Assembly (NCBI GenBank): GCA_951804945.1
Contig: OX638157.1
Coordinates: 58,714,001 to 58,778,000 of the forward strand
Length of the DNA: 64,000 bases
Source of the DNA: Podarcis cretensis
Lineage: Eukaryota
Direction: 5' to 3'
A model generated the notes under the pieces. It was given only the letters and a program-made list of their open reading frames with translations, had not been told where the DNA came from and ran no database searches. Of this stretch, positions 25,481-38,304 are shown one piece after another. Made by a program: the position numbers and the translations under genes. Within the stretch, counting starts at the first letter, position 1; each line of letters opens with the position of its first letter.

Positions 25481-25647
25481 CTTTCCTGATTTGTGGCTTA
25501 AGCATTCTGGCCACCAACGGGATTCATCTTCTTGCCAATCTGGAGCCTTGGAGTATTTGTCTCTTTGCAGTACTTTCAGTGCTGTTTATCACCATTGTAC
25601 TTGTCATCTGGAGGCAACCTCAGAGTCAGCAGAAAGTAGCATTTATG
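25481..25647 (+). CDS. SLC7A2: SLC7A2 coding exon 9
   Basis: AFLICGLSILAT...VIWRQPQSQQKVAFM; 167 nt. Confidence 0.95.
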
Positions 25648-26374
25648 GTAAGCAGTGGTGATGGTAGTGGCATCAAGTGCAAAACCTCACAAACAGGTTT
25701 TTTTTGGGGGGGTGCTGCGTGACTAGCTGCCCTTCTGGAGATTACCACCCTGTCACTTTAGTGGCTACCTTTCAGTTGAATTAATAAATTAGCTGTTGCC
25801 TTAAAAAGAGCTTGACTGATATGGTGTTAAAGTTGCTTTTTGTGGCAAGCCAAAATAGTGGTTCTTGTGCAAATTTGGCCTTGACTGTAGAAAGAGTTGA
25901 GAATTCATTTTTACTACAACTGAAACGTGTAAGATTAGATGAATTTTTTTTTAACAATCTTTTGATTGATTGAAGATTAATTGGGCAACAGATCTTTAAA
26001 AAATTTGTTTGTTTTTAATGCAAAAGCTGTGGACCACAAGATCCGCGTTCCTTATTTTATCTTTCCCTATTTTCCCTTGTGCATATATAATAAAATCTTG
26101 TGTAGCCCATGTGTGTACTACCACTAAATTGTGGTCCTCACCTTCCCATTGCAGGCCTATCAAAATTTAATTCATTAGTTCTGCATTTAAAATGCATTAT
26201 AAGTAGGTAATGTGTTCATTGCAACTGGACTAAGACACTTTGCCCTATAACTTTTATTTTATTTTCAAAATATGGATGTGTCAGTTCAGTAGAGCCCCTT
26301 TACAAATTTAATTAAAAGTATGACACACTGGATATTTGTCAAAAACACTGAATTGTAAAAAAAATTGTCCTTAG

Positions 26375-26483
26375 GTTCCACTCCTGCCATTTTTGCCATC
26401 TTTGAGTATCTTGGTGAATATTTACTTAATGGTACAACTAAGTGGAGAGACTTGGATCCGGTTTAGCATCTGGATGGCGATTG
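26375..26483 (+). CDS. SLC7A2: SLC7A2 coding exon 10
   Basis: [36 protein letters not shown]; 109 nt. Confidence 0.96.
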
Positions 26484-26771
26484 GTAGGTATTATGTAGCT
26501 GAATGTTGTTGTGAACTTTTTCTTGCCTCCCCCCTAAGCAAGGGCAAAAGCTTAAAAGCCATTTTCATACTGGGTGACCCAAGCGGATATGGTGCAAAAA
26601 GAGCATTTAGGCTCTTAACCTTGCTTGCTGGGCAAAGCCTGCTCAGCATGCAGGTTCTAGAAGCAGCTCCAAAGGTTTGACTGGACACAATTTTTGCACA
26701 TCCGCATACGTCTTGGAACTGAAACCCCACATAAGATGAGGGATTTCTGTATATAATTTTTGAGAGTAGTA

Positions 26772-27429
26772 CAGTGGCACCTTGGTTCTCAAACTTAATC
26801 CATTCCAGAAGTCCGTTCCAAAACCAAGGTGTGCTTTCTCATAGACGGTAAGGCAAAACGGATTAATCTGTTCCATACTTTTAAAAACAACCCCTAAAAC
26901 AGCAATTTAACATGATTTTTACTATCTAACAAGACCATTGATCCATTAAATGAAAGCAGTAATCAGTGTACAATATAAAATAAAACAGTATTGTAGATGA
27001 TAAAAAATTAAAAAAAAAATTCTTACCTGCACTGATGGTTGTCATTGTTTAGATGGGGGGCTTTTATCCATTTCCGCAGTCAATCAATCAATCAATCAAT
27101 CAGTTAGTCAGTAGCTGAACCGGGTTCCACACAGTCACAAAAACAAATTAACCAAAAAGGCCTCAAAAACAAAAAAACGCAAAATAAATAGCAAAAACAA
27201 AAGCGCCAAACCTAATCCGTTCCGGAAGTCTGCTTGACTTCTGAAATGTTCAAAAACCAAGGCGCAGCTTCTGATTGGTGCAGGCATCCCGGAAACAATA
27301 GCTGACAGCTGCATCGGACGTTTGGCTTCCGAAAAATGCTCAAAAACCGGAACACATACTTTTGGGTTTTTTGCATTTGGGAACCAAGGCATTTGAGTAC
27401 CAAGATGTTTGAGAACCAAGGCATCACTG
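26772..27429. mobile_element. Tigger-like non-autonomous element
   Basis: TA-CAGTGGCACCTTGGTTCTCAAAC ... GTTTGAGAACCAAGGCATCACTG-TA. Confidence 0.88.
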
Positions 27430-27585
27430 TACTAGAATGGAAGCTTAGTGTGGATTAAAGAAACCTATGACCACAAGTGATACCAAGATCTGAACAAGTG
27501 TTCTGGTTTTGTAATCTTGGGTAGTGCAACAGAAATATGACAAAACTGAGAGAACTTACATCCCTTTCTTTTGTTCCTCTGGAAG

Positions 27586-27785
27586 GCTTCTTCATTTACT
27601 TTGCTTATGGCATCCGACATAGTGTGGAAGGCCGTCCTAGGGTGGAAGATGAAGATGACGAGGACGACAGCTGCTCCGAAAAAAGTGCAGCTCCAGAAAA
27701 GATCTATGTAAAAGAAGCAAACGAGATTGAAAATGCAAGTGAAAGTGCTCAGTTTATTACACATGAAAGGACAAGTGAATGTTAA
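27586..27785 (+). CDS. SLC7A2: SLC7A2 last coding exon to stop TAA
   Basis: GFFIYFAYGIRHSVEG...FITHERTSEC*. Confidence 0.95.
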
Positions 27786-30700
27786 TGGTTGCTAACTACC
27801 ATGCTGCATACGTCTTTTGAATAGTGTAACGGAATGTAGTTGGGAGGTTTTTTGGGCGGGTGGAATGCCAAAACACTTGCTCCCGAAAGATTAGCAGTAA
27901 CCTACTTGTGCTTTGTGAAAACATCAATAATGGTCTAAACCGACTGCTAGATATTTCATCCAGTGGAGATTTACCTCAAATTGTGTTTGCCTGAAGTAAA
28001 AACTGCCAAGGAAGTGGAGGGGAACAAACTCCCGTCGGCTGATTTTGCCTGTTGTGCTAAAAATGTTGGGAATTTCCTTAGCGCACCATCGTACAACTTG
28101 AACTGGCATAATGTTATATAATTAGGAATTTTTAAAAGTGGGAAGCTGAACCATTTTAGGTTGTGTTATTGGGGACACATTTTCTTGTTTCTGTCTTTTA
28201 AAAATGTGTGTAGCATTGGTCAGTAACTAGGTACCTAACTGCTTAGCCTCTCAAACTTTAAAAAAGGGAAGGAAAAAAAACCTATTTAAAAAAGCCAGTT
28301 ACCCAGATGAGTACATAGATCAGAAACTTGGCAGGCTTTTGCATTGCGATGTAGTGCTTCTCTGTTTTAAAAAGTGTTAAATTTTTGCTACCACTGTATA
28401 TGCAAATAATGTATGCTGCGAACATCCTTTTGAAAAGCAGTGTTTGTAATGCCTAACATATGGATGGGCTCCGTATAGAATGTTTTGAAATTACCTTTTA
28501 CCAGTCGTGTTCCAAATTCTCCTTCTCGATGGTGACAATCAAAAAGTCACGCTACATGGTTCCTAAGATGTAAGAAACTTCAGAACAGTGGCAAACAGCA
28601 TATGCCTATGGAACTGGGAATTTTTCAAGTCCAGGTGCACCTATGGAATTGTCCTGTTACTGCTGAATGTGTATACCCTCTGAGGTTGTAAGTAACTGTC
28701 CTAGGTCCAATGACTGATGAACTGTGTACCTTCCGAGTCTCTGGCCCACCAAGTATATTCATTAATTTCTGTAACTAAGGAAAATGAAACTGTCAGCCAT
28801 AAATTGGCTGCATTCAGATGTCACAGTAAACCATGGCTGCTTATGATGCGAACAAGCTGTAGTGAACCTCGGGCTTGCATGCTTCTCCCCTTTCATCCTC
28901 TCCTCTGGCATGGCTACAAGATGGAATTTGGAAGTTTGAACTTCTTTATTTGAGTAACTACAGCAGGAAGTTTTTGCCCCAAACCAACAAATTGTCAGTA
29001 ATCTTAATTGTGGCTTGTTTGAAATAGACTAAATTTAAATCATGAGCTGTTAAGCTGGCTTGTTTTAACAAACCATAATTAAGATTAACCAGTTTAGGGT
29101 TCAGCTGCAGCTCTAAACAACAATTAATAATAATAAACATAGCCGTGTAAGCTTCCAGTCTGCAAGGCTGCACTTAATAAATATAACATGGATTATGATG
29201 AGGATTGAATTCAGCCACTATTTATTTTTTTGCCCTTGCAAGGGGGTATTATGTCTTTCAGTGGATTCTGCTGTAGTCATAACTTATCTAACATTTTTGT
29301 ATAAATCATGAACAGAAATTTAGATTTTTCAGGGAATATGTTCCATCTCCTTAAAAGAGATGGGTATTTGGAGGGGAGAGAGGAGTAAAAAAAAGAAAAG
29401 AAAGAAATATAATTCAAATAACATTTAAGAATACAGAGTTATGTTTAACAGGTGACAGGTCTTTTTAGTTTTGAAGTAACATTTTATAAATAAAATTTGA
29501 GGCAGTCATAGGCACCAAAGGATCACTCTTGGTTACATTATTATCACTCATGTATACAGTCATAACTTGGCATTGTGGCTGATGGGCAAGTTGTATTTCT
29601 GGCACATGTGTGTCTGCTCCACACATTCATTTGTGTATGAAGCAACATATGTATGTATGTGAGAACAAGCCAAAGAGAAAAACAAAGCAAAACTGTCCTG
29701 CAGCATTAATTTACTTATTTTCTTAAGAAAAAGAATAGGGGCTGTGAGCAGCTATGGCTGTTTCTTCTCCTGGAGACAGAGGTAGGGTAATCTTACAATA
29801 TACCTAATGCCTTTTAGTTTATTAATGTTGGGACCATGTTACAACAATCTGTCAAACGTTTCATCGCAACTGTTGGGTTAGAAAGCCATGTTTTAAAAAG
29901 CTGAAAATTTCAGGATTCAGAGAGGGGTTTGGGAACAAAAATCGTTTTTAAAAGTGCCTTAGAAAAACACTCAATCCAAGATTGTGGATTTAATGCTTTT
30001 TCTGTCAACAGTTTTCTTAGGTAAAAGGTAAAGGACCCCTGGATAGTTAAGTCCAGTCAAAGGCGACTATGGGGTTGCAGCGCTCATCTTGCTTTTCAGG
30101 CCAAAGGAGCCGGCATTTGGTGGTTCAGATTCACACAATAGGGTGAGCTCCCGTTGCTGTCCCAGCACCTGCCAACCTAGCAGTTCAAAAGCATACCAGC
30201 GCAAGTAGATAAATAGGTACTGCTGCAGCGGGAAGGTAAACAGTGTTTCCGTGCGCTCCGGCTTCCGTCCTGTTGCACCAAAAACGGTTTAGTCATGCTG
30301 GCCACATGACCCGGAATGCTGTCCTGCACAAGTATTAAAATACTAATGAGATGATTATTTGCAAATAAGTACATCTTAAGCACACTGGGTGGGGTTTTTT
30401 TTAAGTTTGATAAGGAAAGTAAGGTTGGCTTTTGATGTTACGGAAGGGTGACCAGGTGGGAATGCTGTGTGTTTGTGTGTGATGTCCAAAGTCTACAGTG
30501 AGGGGTGGAAGATCCAGATGCAGATACAAATTCACACACACAGTGAAAGAGAGAGCTGTTTAGGTTCTTAGTTATGATTCTTGCAGAGTAAGCATATAAG
30601 GAGGAAACACAAATCCGTTACATTGCTTGCCCCATCTGACTTGGCTTATATGTAATTTTTTTATGTCAGCCTAACAATACTGAGTTTGCTAGGAACTGTA

Positions 30701-33700
30701 GATACGGCAGCACTGTTCTTTGACTTAAAAATGTAAGAGAGGTATATTTTATCTTGCCTTTTTGTATAATCTTATATTAATAGCTGAAAGAACACTTTTA
30801 TGAAAGATTACGAAATATATGGAATGTGAGAAATTGTGTTAAGATGAGAGAGGGTGCCCTGATTGCCGCCATTATTGAATGTAGATAGTAATGCAGCAGT
30901 TTTTAGCATATTGCTCTGATTGACTGATCCGTTTGCAATGTCCCCAAAACAAAAGAGATATATATGATTATGATAATTTCTTTAAAAAATGTATTACTGA
31001 AAGAGTCACATTTTAGTAACTAACTAAGATCACAAAGTTCAAAGAAAACAAAAATCACAATGGGGAAAATGCAGATCATTTTAGCAGACAAACTTCCACA
31101 GGTCAGGTTTGTAGCTAATCAATATCTATTTAGGCATCATTATATTATGGATGTCCTTAAAAGTTGTAAAGTGATGAATAGCAATCACCTTTGTTACGAC
31201 TTGAAAAACTTTACTACTGTGTGTACTAAAAAACAAAACAGAAACTCAGAAGAGACAATCAATACTGTTTTCGTAACTATTTTAAGATTTTCTACGTTTT
31301 GTCAGTTTTTGTTGTATCTTATTTAATTTTAATAAAAATGTTGGAGGCTCAGGTTACTTATCCAAGCCTTACACGAGACAGAACAGAATGTTAGATTTTC
31401 AAAAAGAGGGTTCAGGATTTATGTATACTGTAGGTTGGGCCCAAAGGTTCCATTCCATGAAGGGAAAAGACTCCTATCAAAAGAACTTCCATGGGAAAAA
31501 GGGAATATGTGTACCCAACCCTATGTGTATATATAAACATCTGGTGGAAATACAGGTGGTGCATAAACATTGCAAGAAGTATAGCAGTTTTTAGTGTCTA
31601 CAGAAGCATTGGATTATCGCTTAACTCTGTAAAATGGGGTGGGGAATATCAGGCCTGGGGTCTAATTGTGGCCCTCCAGACCGTTTTATCTGGCCCTCAG
31701 GACTCTCCAGGGCACAACGCTTACTTGGTCTGCTTTGAACTCTACTTGAGGGCATTTGCCTTGGCTGGAATGTGTCTCTGAACTCTGATAACTAGCCTAC
31801 TGTACAAAGCTAAAATTCACGTTTATTGAACCACCCACTTATGTCTCTGATTATGCGTACAACTGGTATATGGCCTCTGGACTGTTAGCCGGAAAAGAAT
31901 TTATCCTTTGGCCTGAAAAAATCCTCCACCCCTGCAGTATGTCATATTGTGTGTGTTGTGTAGCAGATAAGTGTTTTCGTTCTTTTTGGTAAATAGAATT
32001 TAAGGCTTTAAGGACATTTATTTTCTCAAACCCTCTTGCAGCAGTTAAAAAAACAGGGGGCTCAGGATTTCTGTGTGGATTTCATTGCGTTGAGTCCTTG
32101 CCTATACAGTGGCTTTCTCATTCATTCCAATGGAGGGAGCAACTTCACATGCCCTCAATGCAGACAGGTCTGACATTTTGTCATGGGTGGTCTAAGGATA
32201 CTTGGGCTGGTGGGAGACAGAACAAAATTGAAACACACATGTTTAGATACGTTTAGAGCTATTAAAATTATTAAGCTAGATACTGCCTATATGTCTGTTT
32301 TTGCAAGTGGAGATATACAGAAAGCCCATCACCCACTCCTGTGTCATGGTCCTATAGATCTGCTTTTTCCATGGGAATGATGGGGCAGTCAATGTGCAGA
32401 AGAGATTTGTATATGCATCTGAACACATGTGAAGTTCTAGATTGGGTTATTGGGTTCATTCTCTACAGTTCTACTTCTGTCTCTCGCACTTCTAATTGGT
32501 GATGCTTTTTCTTTTCTGTCTTTCCTCCAAAGATTTCAGAGCAAGGGTTTTTTATTATTATTATTCAGCCCCAAAAGCCATGTAATGTAGGCTGGGCCAA
32601 GCCCACCCACTGAGCTCTAGGACTGCGCATTGAAATAGTTTTGCTCCACTATATAACCAAAGGCAATTTTTAATTTTCCCCAAACCCTGAAGCTTTGCAA
32701 TTGTAACAGTTCTATTACTAACCTATGTCCAAAGATAAGCAAAATAAATAGTTGTTTCCCCCATTCTTCCTCGCATCCCTAAACGTTTTAATTAGTAGCT
32801 TCTATTACTGCTTACTTTAATTGTACCTGGTTTCACAGACTATGCCCTTTTCAGGTCCAAAGAGCTATGAATGCAAGAGGGATTTGAAAATACAATGTAC
32901 AACCAAATACTGGGTCTAAAAAAACTTACTGAATATAACTTTTTGGTTGCAAGTCTGTGGATTAGTTCATACCTTCCTCTTTGGGCAGAATGTTCTCCCT
33001 GAAAACCCTCCTCTCAAACAAGCAATTGCAAGGAGAAAGTACTGACTGAAACAAAAGCAGATAAATTTTGCAGCTATATTGCACAGCACATTGCTGTCCC
33101 TTCACTTTTCTAGTTTTTTGTTCTGCTGATGCTTTTCTTAGCTTGTCCCTAACTTCAGTGGCCATTTATGTAGGTCTCCCACACTTTTGGTAGATCCAAA
33201 CATTTTTTTATGGTTCAAAAATATTTTTCTTCCCATATTCATAAAAAAGATCATTCTAGAAATACAAGGTTCTTTTAATTGTGTGACAAAGGCTGAAATC
33301 CCACAGCCATTCACTTGGAAATTAAGCTCCACTCAATGCAGTGGGACTAATTTCTGATAAATGATGCATAAGATTGGACAGTAGATCAGTTTCTTTCTAA
33401 AGATCCCTCCTTTTTTATTTCTGTCTCTGGCAAATTCCAGGGAGCTCAATGGGAAACTTGGGTCAGGTCTGTAGAACTCCCACAGAAAGTCTCTACACGT
33501 AAAAACACATTTTGGGTGTTTTAAGATTTTATAAAAACAGTGCTTTGTATATATTTGTATATTTTAGTCATTATTACCATGTATTATGTTTGCTGCTGCC
33601 TGTGCACATAAATGGGGATAGATCATTTTAGCTTCAGTCAAGATAATGTTTAATAATCTGCTAGATTTTTTAAATTAATGTAAAAATGTGTTCAGAATGT

Positions 33701-33880
33701 GTGACAGATAAAATACTTTTTGGTGCTTTTGTTTTTTGATGTTCATAAGTTGCAGTTACTGTAGACTAAGAAATTTATACTGCTGCTGTTCACTGTAAAA
33801 AAAAAAAAGCTACTTTTGACAGTAATTGTGCATTTGTTCTACATTTTTTAAAATAAAGTTGTACATGTACATTTCATTTT
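27786..33880 (+). other. SLC7A2: Probable long SLC7A2 3' UTR with candidate AATAAA signals at 31331 and 33852
   Basis: AU-rich, repeat-poor sequence; U-rich tracts precede both AATAAA hexamers; the end position is inferred. Confidence 0.6.
30019..30325. mobile_element. Sauria SINE with an inverted 5' segment, inside the SLC7A2 3' UTR
   Basis: 30019-30119 is the 3' part on the minus strand (AGGTAAAAGGTAAAGG tail); 30120-30325 is the 5'/middle part on the plus strand. Confidence 0.85.
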
Positions 33881-34655
33881 CCAAAGTGCTGGAGACAACC
33901 ATGATATAACATAGTTTTAAAAATCTATAGGAATATCATATTCAGAAAATATACTGATAGCCATTTATACTCTTTGCCACCTTGTTTCCTTCCATAAAGG
34001 TTTGTATTTACATTTAGTTCATGAAGTGATAAATAATCCTGTAACATCTTTTCAGCTGTACACTTCAGATAAAAATATCAATTTCAGAAATGACATTAGC
34101 ACTGTAATTCCTATTTTGAGAAGATAGAAACATGGGTGCCAACCCATTTAGCCAATTTGATAGTTTAGCACCCACCCATTTGACTCTTTCACACCACGTA
34201 TGCCCACCAATGCATCTTGGACCTTGATAGAGAGTTAGGCTTGCCATACGTCAGAAAAATTCCTGGAAACAGCTTAGTAAATTTGGGGTCTTCCTAAAAA
34301 ATGCTCAACAACTTTGCGGGTATCAGGAATTATACTTTCTGTAATATGACAACCCTGTGAGAGGTGCAGATTATATTCCCACTCCACTGTTTGGATGTTA
34401 TCTGTATATAAAGTGACCTGTTTAACAAGTATGGTGCAGTTTATTCACGCTACAGTTGCTAGGAATACTGCAGTGCAGTTCACCTGTCACGGAGTCATGG
34501 TTTGCCGAAACAAATGAACCTACCAATTTGTGTGGAGGCTTCCTATACTTTCAAACCCAACCTACCATTTCCATGTTCTCTGAAGCATCTATTACCCTAT
34601 GACCATTTGGGCAACAAATCGTATTCTAGTATATTCATTAACGTGCCGCTGACAT

Positions 34656-35856
34656 CAGTATTTCCCAAACTTGGGTCTCCAGTTCTTTTCAGACTACAAC
34701 TCCCATCATCCTCAGTTAGCAAGGGATGATGGGAATTTACTCTCCAGCTGTTTTCGGGCTACAACTCCCCTAGCTGGTGAGGGATGATGGGAATTGGGTC
34801 CAGCTGTTTTCAGACTACAACTCCCATCATCAAAGTTCTTAAGGCAAATTTTTCCTATACCACCCTGTGTCCCAAACACATCATTGCGCCAATATCCCCT
34901 AGGTAGAATTATGGATCTGGCGTAGGACATTTAACTGCTGGTGCCAAAACTCAAATCCCCCCAGTCTAATATTCCTAGTGGTACAAGACTGTCACAAGAG
35001 TGCCTGGTCTAAAATTGTCAATCAAAAACATCACTCTTGTGGTTTATCCCCACAACAGTTACTCACCGTGGGTTATAGTAAAACAGTCTAATTTGTCAAT
35101 GCCTAAATGATATCGAGCGTCAGAATAACTTGGCACCAATAAGGAAAATTTGCCCATGGTATGACCATTTTCCATCCTCCCACTTTGATTCTCTGGCAAC
35201 CTATCTGCACAACCTAGCAATTCCAAAATATAGACGCACTTTTAACCTCGCAAGACTGAATGTACTGCCATCAGCTGTACCTGAGGTACGATTCCAACAG
35301 ATTCCACACGAAAAACGCTTATGTCCCTGTGGAGATGGCAGCATTGAATCAGTGGCACACGCCCTCCTGGCATGCACTCTTTACAAAGACCTGAGGAACG
35401 AGATTATCACCCCTCTTTTATTGTCCATTCCGGGTCATCCAACCACTGCCACGGTGTCTTTTCTCCTGGCAGATCAAGAGGAGCAGGTGACAACAAAGGT
35501 TGAAAGGTTTTTAGCTGGGACCATCAGAATAAGGCCCACTGTTTGACAGCTGATTCAGGATCCTAAACTGTGTTTTATTATACTCAACTTTTATTTTGTT
35601 CTCTTTTGTTGCTATGACCAATGGCTAAGGCAAATAAAGTTCTTATTCATTCATCCCATCATCCCTAGCTAGGGAGGGGTGATGGGAATTTAGTCCCCAG
35701 CTGTTTTGATACAACTCCCACCATCCCTAGCTAGTGAGGGTGATGGGAATTGGGCCTCCAGCTGTTTTCAGACTACAACTCCCATCCCTAGCTAGCGAAG
35801 GATGCTGGGAGTTGTAGTCCCCAAAACAGCTGGAGACCCAAGTTTGGAAAACACTG
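34656..35856. mobile_element. hAT-type MITE with tandemly amplified internal hairpin units, interrupted by a LINE
   Basis: CAGTATTTCCCAAACTTGGGTCTCCAG / CTGGAGACCCAAGTTTGGAAAACACTG ends; about five ACTACAACTCCCATCATCC..GATGATGGGAATT units. Confidence 0.8.
34832..35653 (+). mobile_element. 5'-truncated non-LTR retrotransposon (RTE-X-like) 3' end
   Basis: ORF 35130-35546 with C-terminal zinc knuckle RLCPCGDGSIESVAHALLACTLY; AATAAA + (ATTC)n tail; TSD TCCCATCATC. Confidence 0.8.
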
Positions 35857-36089
35857 GCTTAGGCGCCAAACTCTGCAATAACCATTCCTGCGGGGGCACT
35901 AAAACACCCTTCATTAATGAAAGTCCATAAAAAGCACCTGCCAGCACCAGAAATTCAACGGCTGCTTAAAAAACAGGTGTTGTCCAGGACTGATAGCGCC
36001 TCTCCTAGTCCAGCTCAGCTGAGGCCAATGTGGATGGGATTAGCGCAGGCTTGGTGGGAATAAAGATATTGAAAACAACCACCACCACC

Positions 36090-36770
36090 CTGTTCTCATG
36101 CGCCTGAGGAGGAGAGACAGCTGGAGGGCGTGTGGTGAGGTGGGCGAGAGTCTCTCACTAACAAAAAATGGGGCGTCCTCCACCCCACTTAACTCCAGAA
36201 CTCGCTCCTGAGGCGGCGTCGCTGCCACGAGCGCTATTAATGACTGACAGCATCGCGGGGGGCCTGAGGGCGGGAAAGGAAAAGGCCGCTTTCCCTCACA
36301 ACCGCCTCAGTCGAGCCGGGCCGCCTGCCTCGGCCTCCTCCCGCCGACGCTTTCCCGCCCACCCGAGTTGACGACGGGCCCTTTTCCCGGCCGACTTCTC
36401 CTATTCTTCCCGCTATGAAGCCGTGGCTGCTGCTGCTGGGGATCCTGCTGTTCCACCAAACGCTGCAAAATGGTGAGTCCGCCCGGGTGGCCGCTGTGCG
36501 TCTCGCGCGCCCCACCGCCTTCCAACGCTCAGCATCCCTTTCAAAAAAAACACCCTTTAAACCCCCCACCCCACCCCATGGCGTGTATCCCGTGCCACGC
36601 CGCACTTATAAAACTTTTTGGGGGCGAGGGAGAACTGCCGCCTCCCAGTTTCTGCCGCCTTTCCCGCCACTTGGCAGAGCGCCTCCTTCTCCTCCTGGCT
36701 AAGCAAGTGTGCCTCAGATTAATGGAGTCCGTTAGCTGCTGCCACCTCTCCTCGCCCCGGGAAAGAATGC
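36090..36770. promoter_or_regulatory. CpG island / promoter of PDGFRL
   Basis: Abrupt high GC and CpG density spanning the PDGFRL ATG in an otherwise CpG-poor region. Confidence 0.85.
36415..36472 (+). CDS. PDGFRL: PDGFRL exon 1 (signal peptide)
   Basis: MKPWLLLLGILLFHQTLQN, donor G|GTGAGT, phase 1 matches the next exon. Confidence 0.9.
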
Positions 36771-37030
36771 TGAGAATTTGGACGTGGGGTTTTTTAATTT
36801 TTCTCCACACCCCATTTAGTTACCACAGGACTGTGCTGCTCAGCATGGCTCACATACATAGCTTTGAAAGCAAACCAACAAACCCCAAAACTTGTTTTTT
36901 TAATTAAGGTTTTAATGTCATGTTACGGGATATCGCATGGTGTTACTTTAATATAATAATGTATTACAGTTTGAACAAAACTTCTATTCAAGTTAGATGT
37001 GAAATAGGGTAACGGCATAAAGCATCCTGG

Positions 37031-37188
37031 CAGTGGCGTAGCGTGGGGGGTGCAGGGGGGGCCGGCCGCACCGGGCGCAACATCTGGGGTTAGGGCAAAT
37101 CCACGGGTTAGGGGGCGCAAATCCACGGGTTAGGGGGCGCAAATTACTTGCCTTGCCCCGGGTGCTGACAACCCACGCTACGCCACTG
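37031..37188. mobile_element. hAT-type MITE with internal 22-bp repeats
   Basis: CAGTGGCGTAGCGTGGG TIRs, perfect 8-bp TSD CATCCTGG. Confidence 0.9.
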
Positions 37189-38163
37189 CATCCTGGTAAA
37201 ATTGGTGATTTTCACCAGTGGAAGACACGATCGATCGGTGTTTAAAGCTCCCTGTGAGCATCAAAGGGACTAGTATCCGATAATAACTTCACACGAGTTT
37301 TAATAGTCTGTTAGGATGCCCCAATGTCCAATCCAGGTAACTCGAGGAAGATTATTTGCCTTTCTGTGATACTTGGTGCAGAAAATATTGTCATATTGCA
37401 AGAAATGTCTACCAAAACTATTTTTTGGGATTAGTTTTAGACTGAGTTGCAGGACATTAAACTGTTCTGCTGTGGCCATGCTCTGTATCTGATATGTATT
37501 GAGAGAGAGAAAGATTAAGTTGGTTTGGTTCTGGGTTCATGTGTGTATTGAAGATGGGTGTCTGGGCTCAGTCTGGTGTTCTAACCATTGCATCACTCCT
37601 AGGGGCTGAAGTCTTTTTGCCTCCCCCCCCCCCCAATAAAAAATATTTTTTTAATTTATATCCTGCCCATCTTGCTGGGCAGCTTACAACATATATAAAA
37701 ACACAACAAAGCATCAAACATTAAAAAAACAAAATATCCAATACGAGCAACAAACAGTCCAATAAATCAATAGAAACCAATAACAACAACAATAAACAGT
37801 TTGCAGTTATACCCAAATTAAAATAACCGCCAACCCCAACTAAACATTTAAGTAATGTCAATAACTCATAACTAATTCAGAGAAGAGTTTCCTTGAATAA
37901 AAAGTTAACTTCACTGGCCTCAGGTGATTCATGGTTTTGTTCCTGACCTATGTCTGACTCCAGCCCTGACAGCTTTGGACACTTGCTAATTCCAAGGCAC
38001 TAGACATGCCTAGCACACAGCTCAGTACATACAGGTCTTAGTTAGCTTTTAACACCCCAAGCCTTGATTAAATTCTAACACCTTCTAAACCCAGAGATTT
38101 AGAAATGTGTAGTAGCCACAAACTGATAGCAATCGGCTTGCTATGAGAAGGTATGGATTACAT

Positions 38164-38304
38164 CAGTGCTTTTTTTCTGGGGGGGGGCGCAGGGGTACGC
38201 ATACCCCTAAACATTTTGTGAATCTAAGTTTGGTGTCAGTATTTCAATATGAGTAGGAAAATGAGAGTACCCCTAAACATTTTTTTAAGGAAAAAAAAGC
38301 ACTG
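38164..38304. mobile_element. hAT-type MITE
   Basis: CAGTGCTTTTTTT TIRs, perfect 8-bp TSD GATTACAT. Confidence 0.9.

Noticed and set aside
34690-35820. CRISPR-like repeated palindromes
   Set aside because: Eukaryotic context, no unique spacers; the units are MITE-internal tandem copies.
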